A stretch of 62,260 nt of DNA, counting the filler, from Choristocarpus tenellus KU-1152 (lineage: Eukaryota; Protista; Phaeophyceae), in NCBI GenBank assembly GCA_964200185.2. It is 9 parts of 9 records of this genome, joined end to end, with 100 filler letters (N's around TTAATTAATTAA, not from the genome) between each part and the next. Parts side by side here need not be neighbours in the genome. Positions count along the whole stretch, not along the records: positions 17,331 to 38,956 come from CAXNAD020000332.1; 8 more parts are not named here. The stretch is one strand, 5' to 3'. The notes under the pieces are model-generated. The model was not told where the DNA came from, ran no database searches, and saw only the letters and a program-made list of their open reading frames with translations. A program made the position numbers and the translations under genes. This document shows positions 22,733 to 36,200 of this stretch, in pieces; within the stretch, counting starts at the first letter, position 1, and each line of letters begins with the position of its first letter.

Positions 22733-25700
22733 TTTGGGTCCCACACCCCGCGGGACCTCTTATGAAGCTTGCTTTCCTTCTCACGATTGGTTTGAGCACG
22801 AAGATTAAAGCTCACTCCACTCGTCTTCCAGTCCAAACAACGGTGCCCAGAACTGTACCCCCTCCCGTTGTTCTGGAGGAAGGAGAATATGTCAGTCGCC
22901 AGATCTACCTTCTCCCTACGAGCAAGTACCTAGATTGCCCACGCAACAATAAAAATAAGAGATTTGCTATTTGATAGGGGCAGTTGAGACTCGAGGTGGC
23001 GTGTTGGCAAACTCTCCCTCCCTTCTTTGCTTTCGTTGGGCCTTGTTGGGACCTAACAAAACCCGCCAACCTTTCTCGTCTGTTATATATTCAAGGACGG
23101 GTACACCTGCGTATGTCAATACTTGCAACAGATACGACATAAATTATATTCTTAGAACAGACGATTCCTTGTGGAAATAAATCCAAGATAAAGGGGAGGC
23201 GCAAGATTCAGAGGAGAAACATTTATCATTTAAGTATTACCTATGACCTACTAAAAATAAATAAATAATACCAAACATGTTTAGAATGGAAAGTGGGTTT
23301 TGGAGGAAGGGTGGACATGAGAAGAAGTACTACTGGCTGTACTGATGGAATATGATCTTGAGAACAAGTGAATAATATGAGGGTGGTCCGCATGTTATGT
23401 TGTTGGTGGAATGGCAAGTAATTCACATGCCATCCAAGTTGTGATAGATCCTTCTCTAGTCATATATACACAACTGAAGATGAGCAAAACAACTCTACTA
23501 TATTGATAAGGGATAAGGAGGGAGCATGTATGCTCAATACTACAGTGCTTGAGGCATCCTATCTTTGACGGTGGACTACTTCAACCCTATGGGATATGTA
23601 CTCTAAATCTTTCGGTGTATGGGTTGTTTATTTCTCGCCGGATAACCCATTTCCCATACCCGAAATGAAGCCAACTTCCCTGAGGTGAAGGACAATAGAG
23701 GAGACAAACTTTGCCCCATATAATAAATGCTCGAATAGCCGTCCAGAACGATAGGAGAGAAGGTAGTCGCAGGGCCACATATAATTTTACGGCATCCTCT
23801 ATAATGTAAGATTATACCTCACCTGTAGAATATTGCTTTTCTCGTTCATCTCTTTCTCTCTTAGCTTTATTTCCGTTTCAATTTTTGTGATAACGAATTA
23901 TAATGTAAGGTAATAGGGATATTTTCAGATCGATAATTTTTTCCCAGTTAGATGGTGGTATTGATAGTGTTGTGGATGGTGCTATGTGTTAGGTGTTGGG
24001 AAGTACTCAGAGAGAGTATGTTAGAATGTTTTTGGGGTCTTCCTTTTCCTGTCATTCAGTTTTCTACTCCCTCTTTCCCCCTCCATTCCTATCATAACAA
24101 TTTTATGCGTATGGTTAGTATCTTTTTTAACCACAATCTGGGACCCCTCAGACTATTGTGAAGAATAATAAGTAAGATAGACTGTACTAAGAACCTATAT
24201 ATTTAACACGGATATTTCAGGATGCTGCTTTTTCCAATAATATGTATGTTCAATATAGAAAAGGACCCTAGTACTTCTTCCCAGAATTTCGGAAGTGCGA
24301 GAATACACTCTTGTAGAAACATGTTATGGGTGCGATTAGGGACTCTGTAAAAACGGAGACTCTTGTTCGAAAGGTCGTCAGTTATGCCCATGGAGTATGA
24401 TAAACTACCCAAAGGTGGGTTGATTTTTGGGGAACTTGTGGATGGAATGCGGGTAATATTGGTGGATGGTGGATGGGTCTACAACACGAACTTGATTGAG
24501 ACTAAGAGTATCACAATCAAAGGACAGAGTAAAATGGCAATTATCAATACAAGCAGCACTCGTGTGTGGTTGATGGGAAAATGAGTTTCATGGAAAACCA
24601 CTACATACAGCAAAGAAGATGTGATAATAGCAAAATATTGACATGTCATATGGTAGAGCAGTGGGGTAAAGGCAGCAGCTCAACCAAAGATATCAGGGTA
24701 CATACACCTTACCACTCACTACCTTCTAACGATGTTGATTTCCTCGTTGATCTTTTTCTTTCGTACTGATCATTCTTCTTGCATCCATTTTCCTTTGCGT
24801 CTGTTATTCACAACAATGAGTGCTTGGATAGGATGGACCAAACAGAATGTGACACCGAACAATATTTTACCCTTCTTTTTCCGATATGCGACCGGCCCAT
24901 ATTGACGACGTCCATGACGTCCTCTCTCAGTTGTTCGTTTCTAATGAATGCTACGTTAGTGTACTCTTGTACTTAGGAAACATGGGAAACCCCCAATAAA
25001 GAAGTGGAAAGGGCTTTACTGTCAACCAACACTAACTACTGTTAAGGAAAAGATTGAAGGGAGAATCTTAGGATATCATATAGTGTGGAGTGTATAGTAA
25101 GGGGCGAGGGGTAGGATGGCTGAAATGAACGTATTTGGACCGCATCCATGGACGTATTGACGAAAAATTATGTTTAATATTATGTATGTACATAGTACTA
25201 AATATCTATATTCTTGTATTAATAAATGGATATTGAATTTGGTTACGTTTCTATATTTTCCTTGTATTTTGTAGTGTTTAATGTAGCATTTGTATTTTCT
25301 GAAGTATTGGATAAAAAAGTGGTACTTCACAAGTTTATTGGGGCTTTCCCATACATCATCTTCATGACTCATTTTGTTCCGAGTTATTTCGCCACAATGT
25401 TTTGTTTTTTTGTTGTTGTATATTTGTTCTTATGTTCCTTTGTTTCGGCTGAGGTGGCATGGTGGCGCTCCCATGGATGATGCATAGATCCACAATCCCC
25501 AGAGCCACAAATTGATTTGCCGACGTCCATTAACTACCTGCGACTATTCCGCACTAAGTTGATGGTACGCACTCCACACAATACGTTTTCAAATACTCCA
25601 TACATCTATTTTCGCTGTATCATGTTTGGAATATTTGCACAGACAGGAGGTACGAAAGGACACAAATAAATGGTACTTCTATGGTATGCATTGAAACCAC

Positions 25701-28229
25701 GGATGTACTTGCCTGTTCCTACAGTTTACACAGGACCAAGGCAGCAAACGGTTAGAAGTAGGGAGATTCACCCAATGGTCACTACGATGAACGTTCCAGC
25801 ATTTTAACTGCTATTACTATACGCTTTTCTCACGTACCAATAATTCTTGTAGAAAGGTCGACGACTTGGTTGCGTCATGTTAGGAGGAGTTAGTGGCAAA
25901 AGTCTCTATGTTTGCAAGTCTACGATTTAGCCGACCGCCCGTTAATTGGGAGAAATTGTACTTTTCGAAATCCGATTCGACAATAGTGTTCCAATGGGGC
26001 TTGGTTGGGTTAATCAAAACTTCGACACCTATGTTTGACCTATTATGAGGCTTTGAGATTGCTCATAATATAGATACGATTCAGTCATCCCAACTTACGT
26101 GACAACCACGAGAGCAAGGGTCTCAAATGTGAGATCCTTGAGGTTCAGCCGTGGAGTCAAGTGGCAGAGTTCGACGTCTTGTTTTGAGTCTCTGCACAAA
26201 GGGAACAGTACCTATGTGAACGTAAACATCGCCATTATTACCAAGTACACCAATTCTTGTCGCCATGATGTTAATGAATGCACTTTGGAGAGGGGTGTGG
26301 GGCATATTCCCGATTGTCGATTGTTAAGTACACCCTGAAGGCGTATCCAGTGCATGATGCGATGAGGTGGGAATTTGTTTGTTTGGTACGTCTATATGTC
26401 GATAAAACGCTATGTCCTCCACCAAATAGAACCTGCTGTGACGATGCGGGTTTTTCAATCCCACGCTGCTCAGGTACAGATGGCAGCTGCGTAAGAGCCT
26501 GTAATACTAGGAGGGCAAGTATCAGCGTCAGGGACAGATGTGTATCACATTATTTTTGTATTATGGCCGCTAAGGACGGTATTGTAAAACCCAGCACACT
26601 TCGTTCAGTTGCTTGTTATCTGAAACTATTAATGACTTGAGTTGCAAGGTAGTTCGGATACGCTCTTTCACTTTTTGTGGTGTGCTACACATGCTGAAAT
26701 GACTCTATTACCCTTATTGTCGTTTGAGCAAGCATGGTACAACCAAACACTACACTCTGCTCGATCCTTGGACACAATACCCACCCCGCTCCTCAATCAA
26801 TCTCGTGCAGGGGGGACAGTTTTAGGAACCTTCTGGATACTCTGGGGGGGGAGAGCAACCATGTGATATTCAAGGAGACCTTGTGCAAGCCACCTCATGG
26901 GCCAGTAATCCTCATCTACAAGGGTACCAAGGTTGTGATATCGCTTCAAGACTTGAAACATGTGACTGTAGTATAAGGAATGTTACAAATGCCAAACATT
27001 GCAAGAGTTAGAAGGGCATTTCTGTGTCGCGAGTCTGGAACCATATAACGCTTCAGAACCTCAAAGCCTTCCAGGAAAAAATGGTCAATGACTTCTCGGT
27101 TCATGGTAAGGACAAATTGCTGACCACTACAACCAATGGAGATACCTTCATTCCCGAGTATGTGAATACAAATCACCACATGTAATGTATGTGGGTCCCA
27201 TCACTATCCAAGGTTTAAATGGGCTTTCGAGGCTACCAAACCCGACGGTGGAGAATGTACTCAAAAGGCTAAGGAGAAGGATCAGGACCATGATAGTAGA
27301 GTCACATATCAGCAGAGCACAAGGAGCTCAAGCAAGTACAGGAATTTGAAATTGACGCTTTCATTACTTTGTAAATGCCAATTTTTGGTGTGTGGTACAG
27401 TATGATTGAGAGGACTACTCTAACCTGTTCAAAGTGGCGAAGGTTTTTTTGTAGGCATACCTTACTTGTCCATCATAGAGTGTGAATGAGTAACTTTGGA
27501 TGGTCCAAGACAGCAATAATTAGGTGCAAAGAATATTCAATTAACGTGCGACACCACAAGCAGCAACATCAATATAATAGTGACTACCCCCTCTATGACA
27601 GACCTTTTGTGCGCGAAATCGTGGAGCGATTTTGGACTCTTTTTCATCCATAATACTAGAAACACTATTTAGCACGTGCATTTGAGGTAACATTCGGCGT
27701 TTTTTGGGAGGACTAGTATTTTTTTTTCGGGTCTAAGCCCAACTGATTTAGCAATCAACGTTTTGGAGGTTGTTGAGGGTCTTGATTAGTGGAGGTATCG
27801 ATGGAGTTGTTTCTAACTATCCAAAAATAAACGGTTGTTGGGACCAAAAAAATTATTTGTATTCCAATCATATCTTTCAGTTGTGGTTGTATGGTGGGAG
27901 TTTCATTTTATCATACGAATGGGTGTGGCATTCAAAAAATAAAATGCATGTAGCTATCCCTACACACGGACCAGTGGACGTCTGTAACTATCATCAAACC
28001 TCCCACACTCCCAACTTTGATTATAACCCTCCAAATATCTAAAAAATGTTTCAAAAATCATTCAACCCTAAAAAACAATTCTACCCTAAACTCCCCTCTT
28101 TTTTTTATTCAATTTTCTAATCCTAACCTAAACCACAACGAAAAAAGATCGCACGGTTCACCATTGAGCAATATATGGAGTGACAATGACAATGGTGGCG
28201 TTATGTGGTTTGGGGTCCCTATAATCGTG

Positions 28230-28945
28230 CACCAAGAAATCACAAGCAAAAAATACAAACAACGCTCCATCTCATCCAAAACTGGAAAAAAAGTGAAAGT
28301 GTGAAGAAGAGGACAATGTATGGCCTCCTCAAGAAACTTAGAACCAGAACGACCAATCCCCCTACGGAGTTTAGACTCGCCACCAGCAAATCTCTAGGGA
28401 GGGAGGAGGCCCTATCCCACAGGTGACCAGTACCCAGTTGCGGAAGGCACATTGTCGACACCTGACATCCTCAAACCTGTCCTATGGTGGGAGGACAGGA
28501 AATCCAGCACATGCCTATGGCGAAACACCTAGATCATCGTTGCCGAGGAATGGGCATCCCTTGCACTATGGAGAATGGCAGCCCGTTTAGAGCGGACCTG
28601 AACTTCCTACGGTGTTCCATGCTGGGGCAATCTCAGGCGCTGGCCCAGCTCCCTACCAAGACAAAGGCCCCCTTCTGGATGTTGCTTTGTGCAGAGGTCC
28701 AAGCAGGCTGTCACTTACGGCAAACATCCGCAAGGAATGGTGTAGCTGCTGCTGCAACTGAGGCGTAAAATCGCATCCACTACAAGGGATTTTCCTGGAT
28801 GAGTTGGCCACCCATGCAGTAGGGGGGAGAGGGACCGGAGGTTAATTTCAGGAAAGGGGTTGCGAAGTCCCGTTTGAGACAGATAGTATCAGTTTTTGCA
28901 CCATTGACTCTCTCAAGATGCGCCATGTGTTTCAAGCTAGAGACA
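28230..28945 (+). mobile_element. Decayed CRE-like LINE, 3' part (zinc knuckle and restriction-like endonuclease region)
   Basis: Homologous to 1-300 (minus) and to 42290-42834, e.g. CRGMGIPCTMENGSPF, NGVAAAATEA, FLDELATHAVGGRG, KSRLRQIVSV. Confidence 0.8.
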
Positions 28946-30257
28946 ACAGGCAGGGGGTCAAGAAGGGGCTTAAAACATATTCTCGAAATGGTTCCTTACT
29001 TCCTTGCCCACCTTCGTAGGGCTGAGCTAGGTTAAAAGCATAGTAGTGTACACATTAATTCGTAATGACAACCTTGACAGGGGACACTGTTGTGTTGTTA
29101 ATTTTCAATTTGTAATTTTTTTTAGAGAATTGTCTTAGCATTGACGACAACTGCTCTAATTGCAGTCGTAGTTTTGGCTTTCCCCTAAAGCATCTGGAAA
29201 ATGTTAGAAGGCATAAAAATAAGATACAAAAAGGAAAAGAAAAAAGAAAAAAGCAGACAGTCCATCCATTTTTATTAGTTATGATAATATTAATATCGTT
29301 CAGAACAGGCTTTTAGAGAGTACAGGTAACAATTTGTCTTGGGCTTAAACTCCCCAGGTTCTCTAGAACACTAAAATTTTACGGAGTGTGACAGATTGTC
29401 AAATTCGTTAAAAAAAAAGTATCAAAAGGGCATGTTTTTAGAAAGACCATGATGATGTGTACACACCCAATATTTCTCCCTCCCCCAACTAATTAGTCGA
29501 GGTATGAAGTTGTATCTTAGAGATAGGTGTAGATACGTCGTAACAAGTTGTGTTCGTGTACCAGGTTAATGTATCAATTATTGTGTAGAAGACATCCATT
29601 TTTGACCCATGGTGGGCTTGTGTTTGACGGATCCTGGTATTGAAATGTCTACCAGGGTCAACCCTTCAGGAAACTGTTAGTGACCACCCACCACTCTGAT
29701 TAATCCTGTTGTAGGATATCATTTTCACGAGTGCATAATTTCTTCACTTCTGCTTTTCTGAATAATTGCGTTAACATGATATTCTCACCTATATCACCAC
29801 TTTAGTATCAGTACCACCAGAAGCAGCAGCAGCATTAGTAGTAGTGGAATAAAAGTGATATAATTCATTAGGTTTGTCACATGTGGGGTTGATAGTCGAA
29901 ACTAGACTTTTTGGGAAATTGGTATGTGAAATGATTTTCTATGTTACCTTCGATGATCTGAGTTGTACGGTTTGTGTTTATTTCCCATTGTTCTGAGTGT
30001 TCGTTCCTCTTTGTGAGTGTTCTTCTTTGTCAGTCTTCTCGATGTCCGCGTGCTTCGCGCGCCGGAAAACATATCTCCCCACTCTCAACACATATCACTA
30101 CCACTACCTCGTACTTGTTAGAGATGAGGTGTTAGTCCCACGCAAGGTGGTGATGGCCATGGAGGAACGAAAGGGATGGGTAGAGAGATAGGTACTGTGA
30201 GGTCACGAGAAAGTGCAGGTGTCAGCGTTGTGGCGTGGGTTGGCAAAGCACCAAATT

Positions 30258-33200
30258 ATGGCTCACATAAAGCAGGGTGAGGTCGAGGTGGGGACAAGAG
30301 CCCAAGAGGAGGACATGCGAAACATTACCTCAGCCCTCCAGCACGACCTAGGGACTGCTATCGAGGAATTTGTTTCTAAGGTTGGAATGCTTCTGGCCTG
30401 ATACGGGTTAATCTTGGTGCCCTGGAGGTTTATTCCGGATAATATGGATACACCACACTTGTAGTTAGTGATGGGACCTCCTTACGTCCTAGATTTCTTA
30501 CTGGCATGCATGTATGTGGCACTGTGGAACGATGTATTGGTTGGGTATAACTGCTTTCGCGCACTCAACTGTTGTTCGGAGGAGTCTCAGCATCTACACC
30601 GTGTACTCTCTCATCGACCTTAATTTCTGTCAATATTTTGTATTAGGTGAGGAATACGAGAGTTTTCCGCCTTCCTCCCCCCAGCGTATTTAGGGACCAT
30701 TTCCCTAGCCCATGACCAGTTTGATCTCGAATGAGGTCCCGGAGGTATCTCTAACTTCCGACAAAACCGCCTTATCCGCATAGTCAGTGACCTCACGAAC
30801 TGGCACTGACTTCTCCACCTCTTACACTTTGCTCATTGCTTGCAGGGATGCATGCGTTTTCCCAGCTTCCGGGTGATCTGGGCTCGGCGTCGTCTGTCAC
30901 TTATCCACCATAGCTGTCCCTCTCGTTGTGACCGTGACCGTTTCCTGCAGCTGGCTTTTAGCGTCATACTCGACACGATCAAGGGGTTGCATGGAAGGGT
31001 TGTGGGTTCTGTGTCGGGGAAGGTGTTGACAACCTCGGCTGAGAACACGGTTGTCACTCCATCCGCAGGTGCCTCTGAAGTGCAGCGGGCACCAAATTCT
31101 GGGAGGATGAGGGTTGGGTCAGATTGTATTGGAGAGGGGTCCATCACTCGGGCTAATGGAACACGGAGAAGTAAAATTACACCTGTTGGACGTACCTCGG
31201 GCGTTGGGCAGAGGCAAGGACAGAATCATGGTCAACAGCAGGATCTAGGACGAGACGTAAGACATAGAGATGTCAGTGGGATGGAGGGTTGCCCACAAAG
31301 GCATGGCCGGTTACATGAGGATAACAGGTCGCTGGTCTCATCCCTCTCTCCTGCTCAGCCCCAAAGTCCCCCAAGCAATGGAGAATCAGTGATTAAGGAG
31401 GGAACTGCGTGTGAAAAGGAGACAGGGACTGTACCTCCAGTGGATACTGACCCCTCTTCCCTTGTGTTTTCCATTGGGGCACTTTTCGCCTTGTATACCC
31501 TTCACGGTACACAGCTGAAGGAGCCCCCGCTTCCTATCCGAGTGGATTCGCCCTGTATGGTAGACCTTCTTCAACTGCAGCGTTGCTTGTTAGCTGCTGG
31601 AGCCCGTGCAGCTGATGCCTGTGCCACTTTCGCACGGCTCATTTCTGAAAGATCTCTTGTGCCTGCAGCCTACTCTGGTCCACCGTCCCTCAATTACCTC
31701 GACAGGCTTTGCAGTGTCAGTGCAGTGCCATGTAGTATGGAGGCAGGGGTGCATGGAACATGTAAACCAGGAAGGAGGAGGAAGAAGAAAGCGCTAGACA
31801 ATGAAGACAGTTGGAGCGGAGACAAACTGAAGGAGGAGACTGAGAGTCTTATTGAGCTGAACCTCACAACCCTGAGGAGTCTGGGAGCCCGATACAAAAA
31901 GTACTCAAGGGCGCTACATAATGCAAGACTCTCTACCCATGAAAAAAATGGTGAAGGGAGATCTGATACCCCTGATGAGACCCTAGATACAAGTTCAATC
32001 ATATGCAGACAAAGACTTGGTCGGAGGGTGAGGATGGAAAGTGTCGATGGGGATGAGACGGAGTGCAGTGCAGGAGCTCGGATTGGGGATGGGCGTCCTG
32101 GTGGGAAATTGTCTACTGAGAATGCGCTCAATCTGGATGATGATATTAGAGGGCAAGATGAAGAGGGCATTAGGCAAGATGAGGTCAGAGGAGTGGCAGA
32201 GACAGGGACCGTGGTGGAGGAAGATGAAGCAGCTGCAGCAGCGGTACAAGCTTTGGCTGTGGCTGTGACTGTGGCTTCGGTGGGGACAGGATCGAAGGCT
32301 GAGGTGGGACCAGGTGCAGGTGCTGTTGTAGAGAAGGGTTGCGAGGGGAGCAGCTGTGGAGAGGGTGAAGATCTGGGCTCAAAAGAGACTTTTGAGAATA
32401 TGGTGGCTCGACGACGCTCGTTGGTCACCAGAGACCTTGAAGCCATTCTTGAGAGTGTGAGGCAGAAAGAGGCGCTTCCTGGGGCCTATGGTCTGGAGGC
32501 TATTGCCCTCATTGCTCCACCCCCCTCCCCAACTCCTGCTCTGGTTTCTGCTCAGCCTCCTGCGTGTCGGTTGCAGCACAGTGGGGGGACAAACCAATCT
32601 GGCGGTCCTGCAACTGGGGGGAAGACTTGGGGCACCAACACAACCATGCGACCACAAATGCGTCTCATATTGGAGCAAGAGGCCCAGGAACGTGCTGAAG
32701 CAGAAACTGAGGAGATTTCTGATCAGGCAACGGTAGCAACTACCACAGCGAGTACGACTACATGGGGAGAGGAACTGGTGGATGGGTCGTCGAAGGGGGG
32801 CTTGGGGGGCATGGGGAAAATGGGATCGACAAGGGTGGTGACGTTGACTACAACAGTAGCTTCTTCTGTCCATGAGAGTGATGATGTTGGGAGAGATTCA
32901 GAAGGAGGCAGTGGAAATGGTGAAGAGGATTATGAGATTGATGATTTTGCTGCCCTCCTGGAGGGCATGCCAGAGGAGAGTGGTGATGTGTTGGGTGAGA
33001 GCGAGGGTGGATGTGAGATTGCTTCTTCCTCTGGTACCCCTCCCCGCAAAGTGCTTGATACTTCTGCTGCTGGTAAGGGTAAGGGTAAGGGTAAGGGTAA
33101 GGGTAAGGGTAAAGGTAAAGGTAAGGGTGAGGGTGAGGGTAAGGGTAAGGGTAAGGGTATGGGCAGGGGTAAGGGCAAGGTCAAGGAAAAGAAGAGTGAG

Positions 33201-36200
33201 GAAAAAGAGACCTATCATGATGCAGCAGGAAGTAGTGTCCATGTTCCAAGTGGAAAGGGGAAAGGGGCACTGAAGCGAGGCCGTAAATTGGCTGAGGCAA
33301 TAACATCCTCAGCAAAGAAGAAAGATGTTGGAGGGGAGCGACAGGGTCGATCTCAGGGCGGTGGTTGGGGAAGTGGTAGTGGTTTGACTCGAAGCCAGGG
33401 CTATGTCATTGCAAGTCATCGAGAGGAGGGAGAGACGACCTTGACAGAGGGTGCAATTTCTGCCTCATCAGAAGAGGAGTCTGATGAGGAGATGGATGCG
33501 TGCCGAAGGCTCCTTGCCGCTGCTGCAGCTGCTCAGAGCAGTGAGGTAAACGCTCGGGTGGGCCTGGGCTATATGGATGAGGAGAGACGCAATGATGTTG
33601 TTGATGGGTCTAAGAAGGCAAAAACGTTTAATTCGTCAAGGTCAAACAGAGACAAGGCAAACCTCAAGGTGAATGCCTCGGCCTCTGCAGTGAAAATGGG
33701 CGCTACGAGGAAGACGAGGTCACGTGCCAAGGTAGGTGCAGCTAAGGAAAATGCCAATGGAGATGGTAATGTGGCAATGCAAGAGAAGCCTCGCCAGCGG
33801 AAAGGACAACGGGTGTTAGAATCTGGGTTTTGGGGGGTTGGGACAGCTGAACAGCTCCGAGTTAGTGTAAAAAGGACTAGATCTGTGTCTATGGATGGCT
33901 CAAGGGAGAGTGTGATGGCATCGACCAAGAGGTGCAAGGTTGGTCCTGGACCAGGCAAGCAGGATGTTGAACAGATGGAAGGATTGTCCACACCAGTTAC
34001 CTTTAGTGGTAGCACTGCAGCTGACCAGTTCAGGCAGGTTGTGTTGGGAGGGGGTGGTAGGAACAGGGTAGAGGAAGAAGTTGTAAAGAAGGGGGTGGAG
34101 GAAGGGCAGAATGAGGGAGAGAGTGCTGAGAGGGAAGAGGGAGGAAGGGAGTCCTTGACTGGCAGACGAGGTGTTGATAAAATGATCCTGGGGCAAATGG
34201 GAGGGTCTGAGTTAGAGTTAGGGGGTGGTGACAAGGAGGAAGAAGAGGGGGAGGAAGAGGAGGAGGTGGCAGGGATGGTTAGCATTGATATTCCAGAGAC
34301 TGGTGGTGAAGATGGAGATGGAGTTAGAGACAGTACCAGTGGTGAGGATGAGGACGATGAGGTATTGGTGGAGAGTCAAAGGGCGTTTTTGATGGCTCAG
34401 GAAGTAATGAAGCAGAGCTTGAGTGGGGGAGAAGAGGTGGGGGCGGTGCTCCCATCGACAGGCGAGGGTGGTCCTCTCTGCTCCAGCCTGTCAGCTGAAA
34501 TTAGGTCCACCCCAGATGTGGTGGATGGTAGGGGGCATGGGATAGTCACTGGCAGTTGCGGTACAAATATAGGAAATGACCAACACAAACGAAAAGGTCT
34601 GTCGAGAGGACGAACCAGGGGAGCTGAAATGAAGCGCAAAGTCAACAGTGGTAAAGACGGGGTGACTGTTGGCAGCGATCGAGAAGAAGATAATAAGAAA
34701 GGGAACAGGGCGACAGGGCCTACAAGGGGGGTTTCAGGGTCAAAGGCATTGAGTGGGATGGGAGGAAGAGTCAAGAGAAGAAAGATGGCAGCAGGATTTT
34801 TTGGCACCAGTGTGGATATTGCCTCTAGATCGGCTGTGCTGACTGCCAAGGATGGGGATTTGAACCCGCCCGAGGTTGTGGCAACCAGAGCATCTAGTTT
34901 CGTTGGGAGTGACATCAGTGAACGTCCTCAATGGGCCTGCAATAATGGGAGCATGGGGGCAAGTTTTGGTGGAGAGGCTAGGTCATCTCCGCAAAAAGGA
35001 GGGCAAAAAAGAAACTTGAGTACAATTCAAGGCATTGGGGCTGATGCTACTGGTGTGGGAGGGGGGGGAGTTGGTAGTCTTCAATGTGGCATTAATGGGG
35101 AAACAGACCAATGGATAGGTAGAGCACCTGTTGGTGGTAGTGATGCACCTGGGGGAGGAACAGGGGGGGTTGGCGGTCCTCCAGGAGTCGTTGATAATGG
35201 CAATGAAAACGACACATTGAGTTGTGGAGGTGAGGTGTATGGAGAAGGATGTTCTATGTCTGCCCAGAAGGGTACAACAAAATTGCCGAGAGGTTCGTTT
35301 CTTGGTGGTCTGACTGAGAAGAAGAGTGGAGATAGCGAGCACAGATCAGGTTCAATGGGTTCAGCTGCTGTTTCGGACCATGAAGAGGATGGGAAACTGG
35401 GACTGGGAAGGGGGCGCAAGGCTGGTGCAAGGGTCACGGATGGATCTGTAGGGGACGAATGCTCTGGAACAAGCAGTGATTCCTCTTCAGGGGATGAGTG
35501 GGGTATGGGTGAGGGTGCACACGATAGGCTCCAGGTGAGATGGTGGGGGTTTTAGCGTGAATGATTTTATCCGCTTCATAGGAGGGTTTGCAGATCTTGC
35601 AAGGTCAGATTTGTATTGTGGGACTTGTTTATTGTGAAGTTTGTTATGAGTGTGTTGAGTAGATGTATGTTCGAGAGATCAATAAATATGTGTTGTGCTG
35701 TACTCCACACTCTTTTTCTTACCATGTATACCGAAGAATGCTATTCAACACTGACAACTACACTTCCTTTGTTGTGTGAGGCTAAAGTGGAGGTGATGTT
35801 ACTAGTTTACCAGCTTGCAAGAACGATATTCGTATGATATATGGAGGCGTATTTGAGTTCTAATCAGTGTTCACCTTGCAGTTATGCTGTGCTTGAAGAC
35901 AAAAAATACAATATTTTTTGTTCTTGCTTTGTCTACGACGCACGCTGTTTGGTCTTCTTTTTTTTTTGGATAGATGCATCCCTCACTAAGAAATCCTCTA
36001 CTTACAGTGGTACCAGGGCACAAGAGTAGGTGCTACTTGTACCGTGTGGGTGCAAAACCCTAACGCTACCCTAAATAATGGAAGTCGCTAAGGGGGGGAA
36101 GACAAATGAGAGGTTTTCAGTCGACGAGGTCAAGCACAAGCTGTTTATTTTTTATTTTTTGAAGGTTGCTCTTCTAATTTGTTCACAAAGCTTTGGAACA

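Noticed and set aside
31694-35437. Long antisense ORFs (up to 250 aa)
   Set aside because: Shadows of the low-complexity sense ORF, with no independent motifs.
30840-35555. Single-exon 1571-aa gene as given by the ORF track
   Set aside because: The ORF starts at a TTG inside a splice acceptor. An upstream exon completes the SNAP43 domain, and a donor at 35535 precedes the stop.
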